Origin: Oopsacas minuta
Taxonomy: Eukaryota > Animalia > Porifera
Length of the DNA stretch: 64,000 nucleotides
Direction of reading: 5' to 3'
Assembly (NCBI GenBank): GCA_024704765.1
Contig: JAKMXF010000022.1
Coordinates: forward strand, 376,981-440,980
Shown: in pieces, positions 50,601 through 64,000 of the stretch
Position numbering within the stretch: position 1 is the first letter of the stretch
How the letters are laid out: every line of letters begins with the position of its first letter
Notes under the pieces: model-generated
The model's input: the letters and a program-made list of their open reading frames with translations, nothing else
The model's database searches: none
Told to the model about the DNA's origin: nothing
Program-made: the position numbers and the translations under genes

Positions 50601-53600
50601 CAGTGAACAGTACCTCCAATACATCTTACGCATTGACTGATCTAGATGCATACACAAACTATGAAGTGAATGTGAGTAGTTTCACTTCAGTAGGAGCTGG
50701 TCCAATCTCCAGTTATACAGTGACTACTCTACAAGATAGTGAGTTTAATTTGTTGATACATTTGTATTTTGGAATGTTGTATCATTCATTCTTTCTCTTT
50801 TAGTTCCTTCTTCATCTGTTCGTAATCTAACAACCTCAACAGAAGATCAGAATGCTACATCGATCTTTGTTCGTTGGGAAGTACCAATCTTGAATGACCT
50901 GAATGGTATTCTAGTCAATTACTCCATCAACTACTCTGGTATAGAGATTGATACAGTTCCCAGAGTCATCTACTTGTCCAATCCTAATCTCACTAACCAA
51001 TCTATAACTCTAATCGATCTGGAGGAATACACCACTTACTCAATCAATGTGTCAGCTTACACGAGAGTGGGCAAAGGTCCTGATGCTATCATCACACAAA
51101 GAACCAATCAAGATGGTGAGTGTTGTTTAGATAGATGTTTATTGTTTTGTTGATTGTATTTTAACCATTCTTATTGTGTTCTAGCTCCATCTAGCATTCC
51201 TACATCCCTTCAAGCTACACCTCTCTCCCCCACCATCCTTAGCATCACCTGGGAGAATCCTGTCTATATCAATCAAAATGGTATCATCACTACCTACATA
51301 CTGACTTATGAAGGCATAGAGAGAGACACACAGCTACGTACACTGACACTCCCTCAGACTAACCTCTCTCTCACCTGTCATAACTTGGATTCTCTTGAGG
51401 AGTATACCACTTACAAGATTTCGGTCTCAGCCTCTACCACTGTTGGAGCTGGACCTGTTTCAAGAGTTACTGTGAGAACTCTTGAAAATGGTAAGACTTT
51501 AGTGATAGTATCCTCTATTATTATTTGCGGAAATACTTACCCCCGAGAATACATTTTGGTGCGTTTTACTGAAGAACATCTTATCCGAAATTTCTTCCTA
51601 ACAATTATTAGAGTTTTGGAGAGAAATTCCGTATTACCGAAAGTAGGACTTTACTCGATTACATATTACCTGAGTTATACTGTAGTTAATTCCATTTAAT
51701 TATAACTCAGCTTAGCTTGACTTTTCAGAGCAGACGCGTCTTAGTCGAGTTGAGTCAACCTACAGATTATTGGCTAATCTCTTGTATTGTGTATCAACTG
51801 AAATTGAGCGAAACATATTGTATAGATCAGTTTTCGTTAAGACAATTATTCTCCTATTCTAACAAACAATATTTCTAGTTCCATCATCTACAGTCCGTAA
51901 CCTAACTGCTGAATCTAGTTCCAGTTCCATTACGGTAGGCTGGTATGAACCAATCATGAATGATTTGAATGGTGTACCCACTTACTACACACTGAGATAC
52001 TCTGGAGTTGAGTTTCAGACTGAAGAGAAGACAGTTGTAGTCAACTACACTTCTTCTGGAAATGAGACTGTCTCTCTAACTGGTTTAGAGGCTTACACAA
52101 TGTACGAGATATCCGTTACTTTGTCTACCAGTATTGGAGAGGGAGATCCTGCAAATATTGATATTCGAACACTGGAGACAGTTCCCACTGGTACACCCAC
52201 CGATCTCAACACTAATGTCCTCTCTGCTAACATCATCAGTGTGACATGGGGTCATCCTATCTCCATTGACCAGAACGGAGTGATCACTGAATACACTCTG
52301 ACATACAGAGGCGTGGAACGAGACACAACATCTCGTGAAGTAACTCTCTATTCAAATGATACATTCTTTACTAACTACATTCTATCAGAACTTGATGAAC
52401 ACACAAACTACAACATTTCTGTATCAGCCAGTACATCTGTTGGAAGGGGTCCGGTCTCTTCTCTCCAAACAATAACAGATCAAGATGGTGAGACTACTGA
52501 CTTAATTATATTTATTAAATTCTATTCTGATCATTTATCCTATTTCTATTCTTGTAGTTCCTTCTGCTGCCCCTAACAACGTTGCAACTAGTGTAGTTAA
52601 CTCTACAGCCATTCTCTTAACATGGGATGCTCCAGACCTCTCTGATAGAAATGGAATCCTCCTCTACTACACACTGACTTACTTCGGTGTAGAATTGGAT
52701 CAAATAGTACGAGTAGTTAATTACACCATTGAAGGTTCTAATCACTCCAATCAGACATATGAATTCTCAGGACTACAGGAATACACTGTGTATGAGTTTA
52801 CTGTTGCTAGTTATACTACAATTGGCAAAGGCACCGCAGCTACTATTGGTCAGAGGACTCTACAATCAGGTACTTCGTTATTTATGTTTGTTTGACCATC
52901 ATTATGTCTGTTCAGTTTTTATCACCACATTTCTTCTGGAGTGCTAGAGGGCAAGTGATTGTCAGGATTCATGTAGTATACATTCGGAATATCCCGTATG
53001 CTATAGTATTTCCATTATCCCTATTGTTTCAGAGTGTAAATAGGAACACAAATGCGTTTTTTTACTCTAATAGTAATCATCGTTCACTATTTTGATACTA
53101 ATTGCATATTACTCTTTTCTTAATACTACATCCTTGTCTTTTTAGTACCTACTGCTCAGCCATCTGAATTTAATGTACAGATCCTATCGTCTTCAATTTT
53201 AATAGTAACTTGGTATGAACCTCCCTTTTCTGAACAGAACGGTATACTAACAAAGTACAGAGTAACATGGCGTGGTTTGGAGAGAGATAGAGAAGTGAGA
53301 CTAGAAGACATTCCAGTGAACAGTACCTCTAATACATCTTACGCATTGACTGATCTAGATGCATACACAAACTATGAAGTGAATGTGAGTAGTTTCACTT
53401 CAGTAGGAGCTGGTCCAATCTCCAGTTATACAGTGACTACTCTACAAGATAGTGAGTTTAATTTGTTGATATAATTGTATTTTGGAATGTTGTATCATTC
53501 ATTCTTTCTCTATTAGTTCCTTCTTCATCTGTTCGTAACCTAACAACATCAACAGAAGATCAGAATGCTACATCGATCTTTGTTCGTTGGGAAGTACCAA

Positions 53601-56600
53601 TCTTGAATGACCTGAATGGTATTCTAGTCAATTACTCCATCAACTACTCTGGTATAGAGATTGATACAGTTCCCAGAGTCATCTACTTGTCCAATCCTAG
53701 TCCAACTAACCGATCTATTACTCTAATCGATCTGGAGGAATACACCACTTACTCAATCAATGTGTCAGCTTACACGAGAGTGGGCAAAGGTCCTGATGCT
53801 ATCATCACACAAAGAACCAATCAAGATGGTGAGTATCCTTTGCTTTCTTTTCATGATTTGTTGTGATAACATTGATTTATGAGTGACTTATTGTTTAGTT
53901 CCAACTGATATTCCCACTTCATTCTCTGCTAATGCCATCTCTCCCAACATCATCAACACAACTTGGGAACCTCCAACAGCTTACCACTTGGGTGGAGTTA
54001 TCACATCCTACACACTGACCTATGCTGGAAGAGAGAGACACTCTCTCCTAAAAACTAAAGTCCTTACTGTCCTGGATGGTAGTATTTACATTACTCCTGC
54101 TCTGACTGATTTACAAGAGGACACTCATTACTTGATATCTGTTCGAGCTAACACGAGTGTAGGAGCAGGACCTTGGACTACTCTGACTGTACACACCCCT
54201 GAAGATGGTGAGTTAATGTGATTTCGGCATTCTACACATTTGTTGCTTTTAGTACAATTTTTCACTTTTCTTATATATCGTCATCTTGGTTCTCTAGAGT
54301 CTCTATTATTCAATGTTTCCAAAACGTTAGTAATTCTTATTGTACAAGGCCTTTTTACCTGATTCTTTTGAAATTCCTCCTCAGATTCAACCAGAGACGA
54401 CGCTAATGTAGGGCCAGTTTGGACCTGTGCCCTCTTATTAATATTAGTATGCCTCAGTTTAATTACCCGTGCCCCACCAGAAGCGGCTAGCTATCGTCGC
54501 CACTGGCTTCAACTAATCGATTTTCGATTAGAAATTTGATGGAGAGGCATAAGTACTCAGCGTAATGGTTAATATTTTTCAAATATGTTCTACTAATTCT
54601 TCTGGATAAATGCATTTCTGTATTGTTCAATAGAATCCGAAAGATTCTTTCTTCGATGATCCAGCATTATTCGTGCATGCATAAATCTAAAATGTTCGAT
54701 TCATAAAGTGATTTCTACAGTATTCGATTATTTCATACTATGAAACATTAACGACTTGATAACCAAGTCCATGCATTGTGGAGACCTTCAAAACTTCGAT
54801 CCACGATTTCCGATTAGCATATATCTACCTTGTTAATTCGCAATATATAGATTCTGTATAACATGCATTTTTGCCAGCAAATCTTTTGCCGTTGTAAAAG
54901 TTTTAATTGTATATATTTTTGAAAGCAATGTTTACACATAACTGAGCAAAGTTATCTGTGTTTATTGTTGAGAAATGTTTTCCTAAATCCTATAGTGCCC
55001 TCCTCATCTGTTCGCGAGCTAACAACATCAACTGAAAACCTTAATGCTACTTCCATCTTTGTCAGTTGGGAAGTACCAATTTTGAATGATCTGAATGGTA
55101 TTCTAGTCAATTACTCCATCAACTACTCTGGTATAGAGATTGATACAGTTCCCAGAGTCATCTACTTGTCCAATCCTAATCTCACCAACCAATCTATTAC
55201 TCTAATCGATCTGGAGGAATACACCACTTACTCTATTAATGTGTCAGCTTACACAATAGTGGGTAAAGGTCCTGATGCTATCATCACACAAAGAACCAAT
55301 CAAGATGGTGAGTGTTGTTTAGATAGATGTTTTTTGTTTTGTTAACTTGTATTTTAACCATTTTTATTGTGTTCTAGCTCCATCTAGCATTCCTACATCC
55401 CTTCAAGCTACACCTCTCTCCCCTACCATCCTCAGCATCACCTGGGAGAATCCTGTCTATATCAATCAAAATGGTATCATCACTACCTACACACTGACTT
55501 ATGAGGGGATAGAGAGAGACACACAGCCACGTACACTGACACTCCCCCAGACTGACCTCTCTCTCACCTGTCATAACTTGGACTTTCTTGAAGAAGACAC
55601 TACTTACTATATAACAGTCTCTGCTTCCACTTCTGTAGGATCTGGACCTGATACAAGTATATTCATGAGTACACTTGAGAGTGGTAAGAATTTTTAATAC
55701 CATATTTATGGATATGACGCATCCCCTTGGGAATCAAAATTTTGTATGTTTTAACCCAACTAAAACTTTTCCCAATGTTATTCCTAGCCAAACAATTAGT
55801 AGAGGAATCGATAATCTGTTTTAGGGAAATATCTTTATTCACTGTTTAGAACAGATGTGTCTTAGTTACACGGAGTCGGCTATATTTTTCAAATCTCTTG
55901 TACAGTTTATCTACTGAAATTGAGCAAAAATAGTATAGTTCAGTTTTCGCTAAGATCATCAATCTCGTATTCTATTTTAAAAATCCCTATTTTGTAGTTC
56001 CATCATCTACAGTCCGTAACCTAACTGCTGAACCTAGTTCCAGTTCCATTACAGTAAGCTGGTATGAACCAATCATGAATGATTTGAATGGTGTACCCAC
56101 TTACTACACACTGAGATACTCTGGAGTTGAGTTTCAGACTGAAGAGAAGACAGTTGTAGTCAACTACACTTCTTCTGGAAATGAGACTGTCACTCTAACT
56201 GGTTTAGAGGCTTACACAGTATACGAGATATCCGTTACTTTGTCTACCAGTATTGGAGAGGGAGATCCTGCAAATATCGATATTCGAACACTGGAGACAG
56301 TTCCCACTGGTACACCCACCAATCTCAACACTAATGTCCTCTCTGCTAACATCATCAGTGTGACATGGGGTCATCCTATCTCCATTGACCAGAACGGAGT
56401 GATCACTGAATACACTCTGACATACAGAGGCGTGGAACGAGACACAACATCTCGTGAAGTAACTCTCTATTCAAATGATACATTCTTTACTAACTACATT
56501 CTATCAGAACTTGATGAACACACAAACTACAACATTTCTGTATCAGCCAGTACATCTGTTGGAAGGGGTCCGGTCTCTTCTCTCCAAACAATAACAGATC

Positions 56601-59600
56601 AAGATGGTGAGACTACTGACTTAATTATATTTATTAAATTCTATTCTGATCATTTATCCTATTTCTATTCTTGTAGTTCCTTCTGCTGCCCCTAACAACG
56701 TTGCAACTAGTGTAGTTAACTCTACAGCCATTCTCTTAACATGGGATGCTCCAGACCTCTCTGATAGAAATGGAATCCTCCTCTACTACACACTGACTTA
56801 CTTCGGTGTAGAATTGGATCAAGTAGTACGAGTAGTTAATTACACCATTGAAGGTTCTAATCACTCCAATCAGACATACGAATTCTCAGGACTACAGGAA
56901 TACACTGTGTATGAGTTTACTGTTGCTAGTTATACTACAATTGGCAAAGGCACTGCTGCTACTATTGGTCAGAGGACTCTACAATCAGGTATTTAAATGT
57001 TTATATGTGTGTTTAGCTTAATTGTATCTATTTGTTGATTACCTAATTTTATCCAGGTGTGTAGAAGCGCCATTGGCTATGAATATTGATCTGTTTGAGC
57101 AAACGTATATTCTTGTTGGAATTGTTGTTGCATTTTGGTTTCAATTTTGATTTATACTTGTATCTTTAATCCTTGTCTTTTAGTTCCCAGTGCCCAACCA
57201 TCCAATCTGAATGTACAGATCCTATCGTCTTCAATCTTAATAGCAACTTGGTATGAACCTCCCTTTTCTGAACAGAACGGTATACTAACAAAGTACAGAG
57301 TAACATGGCGTGGTTTGGAGAGAGACACAGAAGTGAGACTAGAAGACATTCCAGTGAACAGTACCTCCAATACATCTTACGCAATGACTGATCTAGATGC
57401 ATACACAAGCTATGAAGTGAATGTGAGTAGTTTCACTTCAGTAGGAGCTGGTCCAATCTCCAGTTATACAGTGACTACTCTACAAGATAGTGAGTTTAAT
57501 TTGTTGATACATTTGTATTTTGGAATGTTGTATCATTCATTCTTTCTCTATTAGTTCCTTCTTCATCTGTTCGTAACCTAACAACATCAACAGAAGATCA
57601 GAATGCTACATCGATCTTTGTTCGTTGGGAAGTACCAATCTTGAATGACCTGAATGGTATTCTAGTCAATTACTCCATCAACTACTCTGGTATAGAGATT
57701 GATACAGTTCCCAGAGTCATCTACTTGTCTTATCCTAATCTGACTAACCAGTCTATTACTCTAATCCTTCTGGAGGAATACACCACTTACTCCATCAATG
57801 TGTCGGCTTACACAAAAGTGGGTAAAGGTCCTGATGCTATCATCACACAAAGAACCAATCAAGATGGTGAGTATCCTTTGCTTTCTTTTCATGATTTGTT
57901 GTGATAACATTGATTTATGAGTGACTTATTGTTTAGTTCCAACTGATATTCCCACTTCATTCTCTGCTAATGCTATCTCTCCTAACACCATCAACACAAC
58001 TTGGGAACCTCCAACTGCTTACCACTTGGGTGGAGTTATCACATCCTACACACTGACCTATGCTGGAAGAGAGAGACACTCTCTCCTAAAAACTAAAATC
58101 CTGACTGTCCTGAATGGAAGTATTTACATTACTCCTGCTCTGACTGATTTACAAGAAGACACTCATTACTTGATATCTGTTCGAGCTAACACAAGTGTTG
58201 GAGCAGGACCTTGGACTAATCTAACTGTACACACCCCTGAAGATGGTGAGTTGATTGTTTAGTTTCATTGTATTTATCTCTCGTCGCATTCGTCTGTGAA
58301 TATTTAATGTTGCACCTGTTTGTAGTTCCCTCAACTGCTGTTAGAAATGTGAGTACTCTTTCTCCCACCAGCACTTCCATATACGTGTCTTGGTCTGTTC
58401 CTATTCCTGATGACCTGAATGGGGTTCTTACTCACTATACTGTAACTTACTATGGTGAAGAGATTGACTCTACTGTACGTGTGATTCAATTGAATACATC
58501 TAGTCACGGAGACATGAATCTGACATTGACTAATTTGGAGGAATATACTACTTACTCTGTGAATATATCTGTCTACACCAAAGTAGGGAGAGGTCCAGAT
58601 GTTCTAATTTATCAAAGAACCCTGCAGGATGGTGAGTCATTTTGTTGTTTTATGAGTTCACTTCATATTCCTTAGAATTTATTCACACATTATTGAATGA
58701 GAGTATCAATAAATGCCTCTTTATTTCTAGTGCCATCTGCCACTCCTACTTCTCTAGTTGCCAATGCTATCTCTCCTAACATCATCAATACTACATGGGA
58801 AGATCCTCCACCATACCATCTGGGAGGAGTTCTTACATCCTACACTCTCACTTACAGAGGGTCAGAGAGAGACACCGAGCTTGAAACGATTGATATTCCA
58901 GTCTTGAATGGTAGTGTTTATATCACTCCTGCTCTGATTGATTTAGAGGAAGATACTACTTATGAAATTTCCGTGAGAGCACACACGACAGTAGGCAGTG
59001 GACCTACTCTCAATACCACTGTTCACACACCAGAAGATGGTTGGTTCTGATTAATTATTCTAATTTTGTGATTAGTACTCACGATTTATCATATGTTACT
59101 AATATTTGTAGTTCCTTCCTCTTCTGTCCGTAACCTAACAACCTCAACTGATGGAATGAATGCTACTTCCATCTTTGTTAGTTGGGAAGTACCAATCTTG
59201 AATGACCTGAATGGTATTCTAGTCAATTACTCCATCAACTACTCTGGTATAGAGATTGATACATTTCCCAGAGTCATCTACTTGTCTTATCCTAATCTGA
59301 CTAACCAATCAATTACTCTAATCGATCTGGAGGAATACACCACTTACTCTATTAATGTGTCAGCTTACACTAAAGTGGGTAAAGGTCCTGATGCTATCAT
59401 CACACAAAGAACCAATCAAGATGGTGAGTATCCTTTGCTTTCTTTTCATGATTTGTTGTGATAACATTGATTTATGAGTGACTTATTGTTTAGTTCCAAC
59501 TGATATTCCCACTTCATTCTCTGCTAATGCCATCTCTCCTAACATCATCAACACAACTTGGGAACCTCCAACAGCTTACCACTTGGGTGGAGTTATCACA

Positions 59601-62600
59601 TCCTACACACTGACCTATGCTGGAAGAGAGAGACACTCTCTCCCAAAAACTAAAGTTCTTACTGTCCTGAATGGTAGTATTTACATCACTCCTGCTTTGA
59701 CCGATTTGCAAGAAGACACTCATTACTTGATGTTTGTTCGAGCTAACACGAGTGTCGGAGCAGGACCTTGGACTAATCTGACTGTACACACCCCTGAAGA
59801 TGGTGAGCTAGCTTTTTATATACCGTAAACTCGGGCTGCTTTGGCCCACTGGGTTTGCTTTAGCCCGAATGTTGAAATCTTCTTACCTATCGATTGGATA
59901 TTGTATTTGTATTCGAAATTGTCTATCGATATTTGAAAATTCTTTAAATATTTGTAAGTCATTTTCAAGTAGAACACTGAATCTGATCTAGTTTCCTTGA
60001 AACTTTGATATTTGGGCTAATGCAAACCCAGTGAGCCAAAGTAGCCCCAGACTACGGTATTTGCTTTTTCCTTCTCGCTATTTTGTTTTATCCCTTCGTT
60101 AATTTGGACCTCATTAGCTAACTAGCATCCGAAATGTGGTTAACTGCTTTCATATTTGACGTTGCAAAATAGGTAGAAAGATCTAATCAATTTTACACGT
60201 TCTATCCAAATCTATTACTCTCCGATTAATTACGCATTCTTCTGTGAGGATTGATGAATTTGTACTCCAAATTAAGGTATAATCAGTGCTGCCAGGAGAC
60301 GTGCCCACGAATTTCATGCCAACCTAATAATCCTAACTAATTTCTTGCTATAAGTGTTGTTACATTACAAGTCATGTCAAAGCCAAAATTTATATATTTG
60401 TTCAACATTTGGCAACACTGACTTTCCCCTTCACCACTGCATTGTTTGATCTAATTCAGTAATCCCTATTCCTTACGAATTCTCACCCAGATGCTTAATT
60501 ATGGTTGGCACATATTTGGGAAATTTCTAATAATCTGAGATATATAGTATTTAGTATTTACAGATTTACATTATACATCTCTGATCGCCTGAATACACTA
60601 TATTCAACGAACAAACTTTCATTATTTATTTAGTACCATCATCATCTGTTCGTAACCTAACAACCTCAACCGAAGGAATGAATGCTACTTCCATCTTTGT
60701 CAGTTGGGGAGTACCAATCTTGAATGACCTGAATGGTATTCTAGTCAACTACTCCATCAACTACTCTGGTATAGAGATTGATACAGTACCCAGAGTCATC
60801 TACTTGTCTTATCCTAATCTCACCAACCAATCTATTACTCTAATCGATCTGGAGGAATACACCACTTACTCAATCAATGTGTCGGCTTACACAAAAGTGG
60901 GTAAAGGTCCTGATGCTATCATCACACAAAGAACCAATCAAGATGGTGAGTATCCTTTGCTTTCTTTTCATGATTTGTTGTGATAACATTGATTTATGAG
61001 TGATTTATTGTTTAGTTCCAACTGATATTCCCACTTCATTCTCTGCTAATGCCATCTCCCCTAACATCATCAACACAACTTGGGAACCTCCAACAGCTTA
61101 CCACTTAGGTGGAGTTATCACATCCTACACACTGACCTATGCTGGTGAAGAGAGACACTCTCTCCTAAAAACTAAAGTCCTTACTGTCCTGAATGGTAGT
61201 ATTTACATCACTCCTGCTTTGACCGATTTACAAGAAGACACTCATTATTTGATATCTGTTCGAGCTAACACGAGCGTAGGAGCAGGACCTTGGACTAGTC
61301 TAACTGTACACACCCCTGAAGATGGTTAGTTGGTCTAGGATTTTTCTGTTTTACTATTTTGTTGAAAGTTGGGAGCTAGTTGTGCCCAGAGGATGAACTA
61401 CGTTTATCAATTTTTATTTGCTAAATTCACATTCTTCAAATGTCCTTTTCCTATTATCCGTCAAGGACCATATTGAGTTAACACTAGTTAGGGCAGCAGG
61501 TGGCGGATGGTCCGCAACATTATTTAATGTGCCCGCCCCCATTGACTCATTTTATCCTAGATTTGGTACCCTAATGTATTTGCAGGCTAGCTAAATGAAA
61601 ATTTCTTTATATATTTACTGTTATTTAGTACCTTCTTCTTCTGTTCGTAACCTAACAACCTCAACTGAAGGAATGAATGCTACATCCATCTTTGTCAGTT
61701 GGGGAGTACCAATCTTGAATGACCTGAACGGTATTCTAGTCAATTACTCCATCAACTACTCTGGTATAGAGATTGATACAGTACCCAGAGTCATCTACTT
61801 CTCCAATCCTAATCTCACCAACCAATCTATAACTCTAATCGATCTGGAGGAATACACCACTTACTCCATCAATGTGTCGGCTTACACAAAAGTGGGTAAA
61901 GGTCCTGATGCTATCATCACACAAAGAACCAATCAAGATGGTGAGTATCCTTTGCTTTCTTTTCATGATTTGTTGTGATAACATTGATTTATGAGTGATT
62001 TATTGTTTAGTCCCAACTGATATTCCCACTTCATTCTTTGCTAATGCCATCTCTCCTAACATCATCAACACAACTTGGGAACCTCCAACAGCTTACCACA
62101 TAGGTGGAGTTATCACATCCTACACACTGACCTATGCTGGAAGAGAGAGACACTCTCTCCTAAAAACTAAAATCCTGACTGTCCTGAATGGAAGTATTTA
62201 CATTACTCCTGCTCTGACTGATTTACAAGAAGACACTCATTACTTGATATCTGTTCGAGCTAACACGAGTGTAGGAGCAGGACCTTGGACTTATCTAACT
62301 GTACACACCCCTGAAGATGGTGAGTTGATTGTTTAGTTTCATTNATTTGTTGTGATAACATTGATTTATGAGTGACTTATTGTTTAGTTCCAACTGATAT
62401 TCCCACTTCATTCTCTGCTAATGCCATCTCTCCTAACATCATCAACACAACTTGGGAACCTCCAACAGCTTACCACTTGGGTGGAGTTATCACATCCTAC
62501 ACACTGACCTATGCTGGAAGAGAGAGACACTCTCTCTTGAAGACTAAAATCCTTACTGTCCTGAATGGTAGTATTTACATCACCCCTGCTTTGACTGATT

Positions 62601-64000
62601 TACAAGAAGACACTCATTACTTGATATCTGTTCGAGCTAACACGAGTGTAGGAGCAGGACCTTGGACTAATCTGACTGTACACACCCCTGAAGATGGTGA
62701 GTTCTTGATAACTTTATGATATGCATATTTGAATTTAAACTCGCAATCTTTTTTCCTTGCGAATCCATATCCGAATATTTCCTTATGATATTTCTCATTC
62801 ACCTTTGCATTATCGTGGCGTACTATATTTACTAATATCTACATTGCAGTTCCTTCCTCTTCTGTTCGTGGCCTAACAACCTCAACTGATGGAATGAATG
62901 CTACTTCCATCTTTGTCAGCTGGGAAGTACCAATCTTGAATGACCTGAATGGTATTCTAGTCAATTACTCCATCAACTACTCTGGTATAGAGATTGATAC
63001 AGTTCCCAGAGTCATCTACTTGTCTTATCCTAATCTGACTAACCAATCTATTACTCTAATCGATCTGGAGGAATACACCACTTACTCTATTAATGTGTCG
63101 GCTTACACAAAAGTGGGTAAAGGTCCTGATGCTATCATCACACAAAGAACCAATCAAGATGGTGAGTATCCTTTGCTTTCTTTTCATGATTTGTTGTGAT
63201 AACATTGATTTATGAGTGACTTATTGTTTAGTTCCAACTGATATTCCCACTTCATTCTCTGCTAATGCCATCTCTCCTAACACCATCAACACAACTTGGG
63301 AACCTCCAACAGCTTACCACTTGGGTGGAGTTATCACATCCTACACACTGACCTATGCTGGAAGAGAGAGACACTCTCTCCTAAAAACTAAAGTCCTTAC
63401 TGTCCTGAATGGTAGTATTTACATCACTCCTGCTCTGACTGATTTACAAGAAGACACTCATTACTTGATATCTGTTCGAGCTAACACGAGCGTAGGAGCA
63501 GGACCTTGGACTGGCCTAACTGTACACACCCCTGAAGATGGTTAGTTGGTCTAGGATTTTTCTGTTTTACTATTTTGTTGAAAGTTGTGAGCTAGTTGTG
63601 CCCAGAGGATGAACTACGTTTATCAATTTTTTATTTGCTAAATTCACATTCTTCAAATGTCCTTTTCCTATTATCCGTCAAGGACCATATTGAGTTAACA
63701 CTAGTTAGGGCAGCAGGTAGCGGATGGTCCACAACATTATTTAATGTGCCCGCCCCCATTGGCTCATTTTATCCTAGATTTGGTACCCTATTGTATTTGT
63801 AGGCTAGCTTAAATGATAATTTCTTTATATATTTACTGTTATTTAGTACCTTCTTCTTCTGTTCGTAACCTAACAACCTCAACTGAAGGAACGAATGCTA
63901 CATCCATCTTTGTTAGTTGGGAAGTACCAATCTTGAATGACCTGAATGGTATTCTAGTCAATTACTCCATCAACTACTCTGGTATAGAGATTGATACAGT
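41642..64000 (+). CDS. Giant secreted/receptor-type protein: signal peptide, 2 C-type-lectin-like domains, >=42 FN3 domains; 3' end outside window
   Basis: Exon 1 41642-41699 MVDRLAAIFLLFLAILSSF; CTLD exons 42533-42820 and ~43236-43634 (YWIGL); FN3 exons from ~43714 onward, with phase-1 GT-AG junctions wherever checked. TM and cytoplasmic part not visible. Confidence 0.9.
41851..42482. mobile_element. Helitron/Helentron-like non-autonomous element in first intron of the CTLD-FN3 gene
   Basis: Ends match 137-252 (cgtcgctttgcgatgaactcg...; acggacaaacaaaca...atttaataatatagat); interior matches 268-600. Confidence 0.55.
45130..46113 (-). CDS. RNASEH2A: Ribonuclease H2 catalytic subunit A, intronless, nested antisense in intron 45068-46614 of the FN3 gene
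   Basis: GIDEAGRGPVLGPMVYG, FADSK, LDTVG, KADSKFPIVGAASICAKV, GSGY-GDP and VRFGW. Confidence 0.97.
   Translation of the reverse strand: MAAGYDSAESNYTDDECSTQGRDELISNQTNILGEFYKNHREEEYNRGHNLELFPESPDVTFKESCIVGIDEAGRGPVLGPMVYGICYCPVSKTDTLASLGFADSKELKPSKRDTLMQIMIQQSGMIGRGVEVLSPNYISNCMLARDKINLNVISHNTAIRMIRRLLERGVNISLVLLDTVGDAKSYEKKLNKEFEGKFKIEVHIKADSKFPIVGAASICAKVVRDWCLDNWVFKENVNFTSKLGSGYTGDPNTKAWLSGNLDKVFGYPNIVRFGWSTCRKKLEKAYQVEWEDEEDNDNPKIESFFGKGKVAKSHPFFTERFLENPK
46615..52868 (+). repeat. Near-identical 2,632-bp tandem units (5 exons plus introns), 2 full and 1 partial copy
   Basis: ORF starts 46692/49324/51956 and 47431/50063/52695 are exactly 2,632 apart; intron sequences are also near-identical by eye. 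Confidence 0.97.
54392..54505. mobile_element. hAT-like MITE (114 bp) in FN3-gene intron
   Basis: TIRs CAGAGACGACGCTA / TATCGTCGCCACTG; flanks gattcaac / gcttcaac match 7 of 8 (TSD). Confidence 0.7.
59823..60057. mobile_element. Tc1/mariner-like MITE (235 bp) in FN3-gene intron
   Basis: 48-bp TIRs beginning CCGTA (41 of 48 identical); TA on both sides. Confidence 0.8.
60284..60420. mobile_element. Possible hAT-like remnant
   Basis: CAGTGCTGCCA ... TGGCAACACTG ends; no TSD match. Confidence 0.3.
62344..62344. other. Single N: probable contig join or assembly gap inside the FN3 array
   Basis: attnattt; the left side matches the intron after exon ~57938 and the right side matches a different (D-to-F) intron. 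Confidence 0.75.

Noticed and set aside
46615-64000. CRISPR array or satellite interpretation of the repeats
   Set aside because: Units are hundreds to thousands of bp of spliced FN3 exons plus introns, with no repeat-spacer pattern.

Overview
AT-rich, compact eukaryotic (animal) genomic DNA with many very short GT-AG introns. The gene content (RING-B-box TRIM, G-gamma, Kir, CTLD-FN3 receptor) and compactness fit an early-branching metazoan such as a sponge; this is inference only. Left third: a 23-exon PP2A scaffold gene (minus strand) whose 3.1-kb intron hosts two antisense genes (IFT22 and a spliced orphan type II membrane protein), preceded by two tandem Cys-rich microprotein ORFs below the ORF-track cutoff. 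Then minus-strand G-gamma, MRPL17, Kir and endoglycoceramidase. Middle: a Pro/Ser-rich orphan; a ~4,150-aa sacsin-like gene (3 SRRs + HEPN, one 1-nt frameshift) with an in-phase splice route into the adjacent H-Y-I PARP domain; a BC-box LRR gene; and a TRIM. Right third: a giant CTLD + >=42 FN3 gene built from shuffled, near-identical phase-1 exon modules, running off the window, with intronless RNASEH2A nested antisense in one intron. Many short MITE-like and Helitron-like elements sit in introns and intergenic DNA. No CRISPR, rRNA or tRNA recognised. All translations, splice models and alignments were made by eye.
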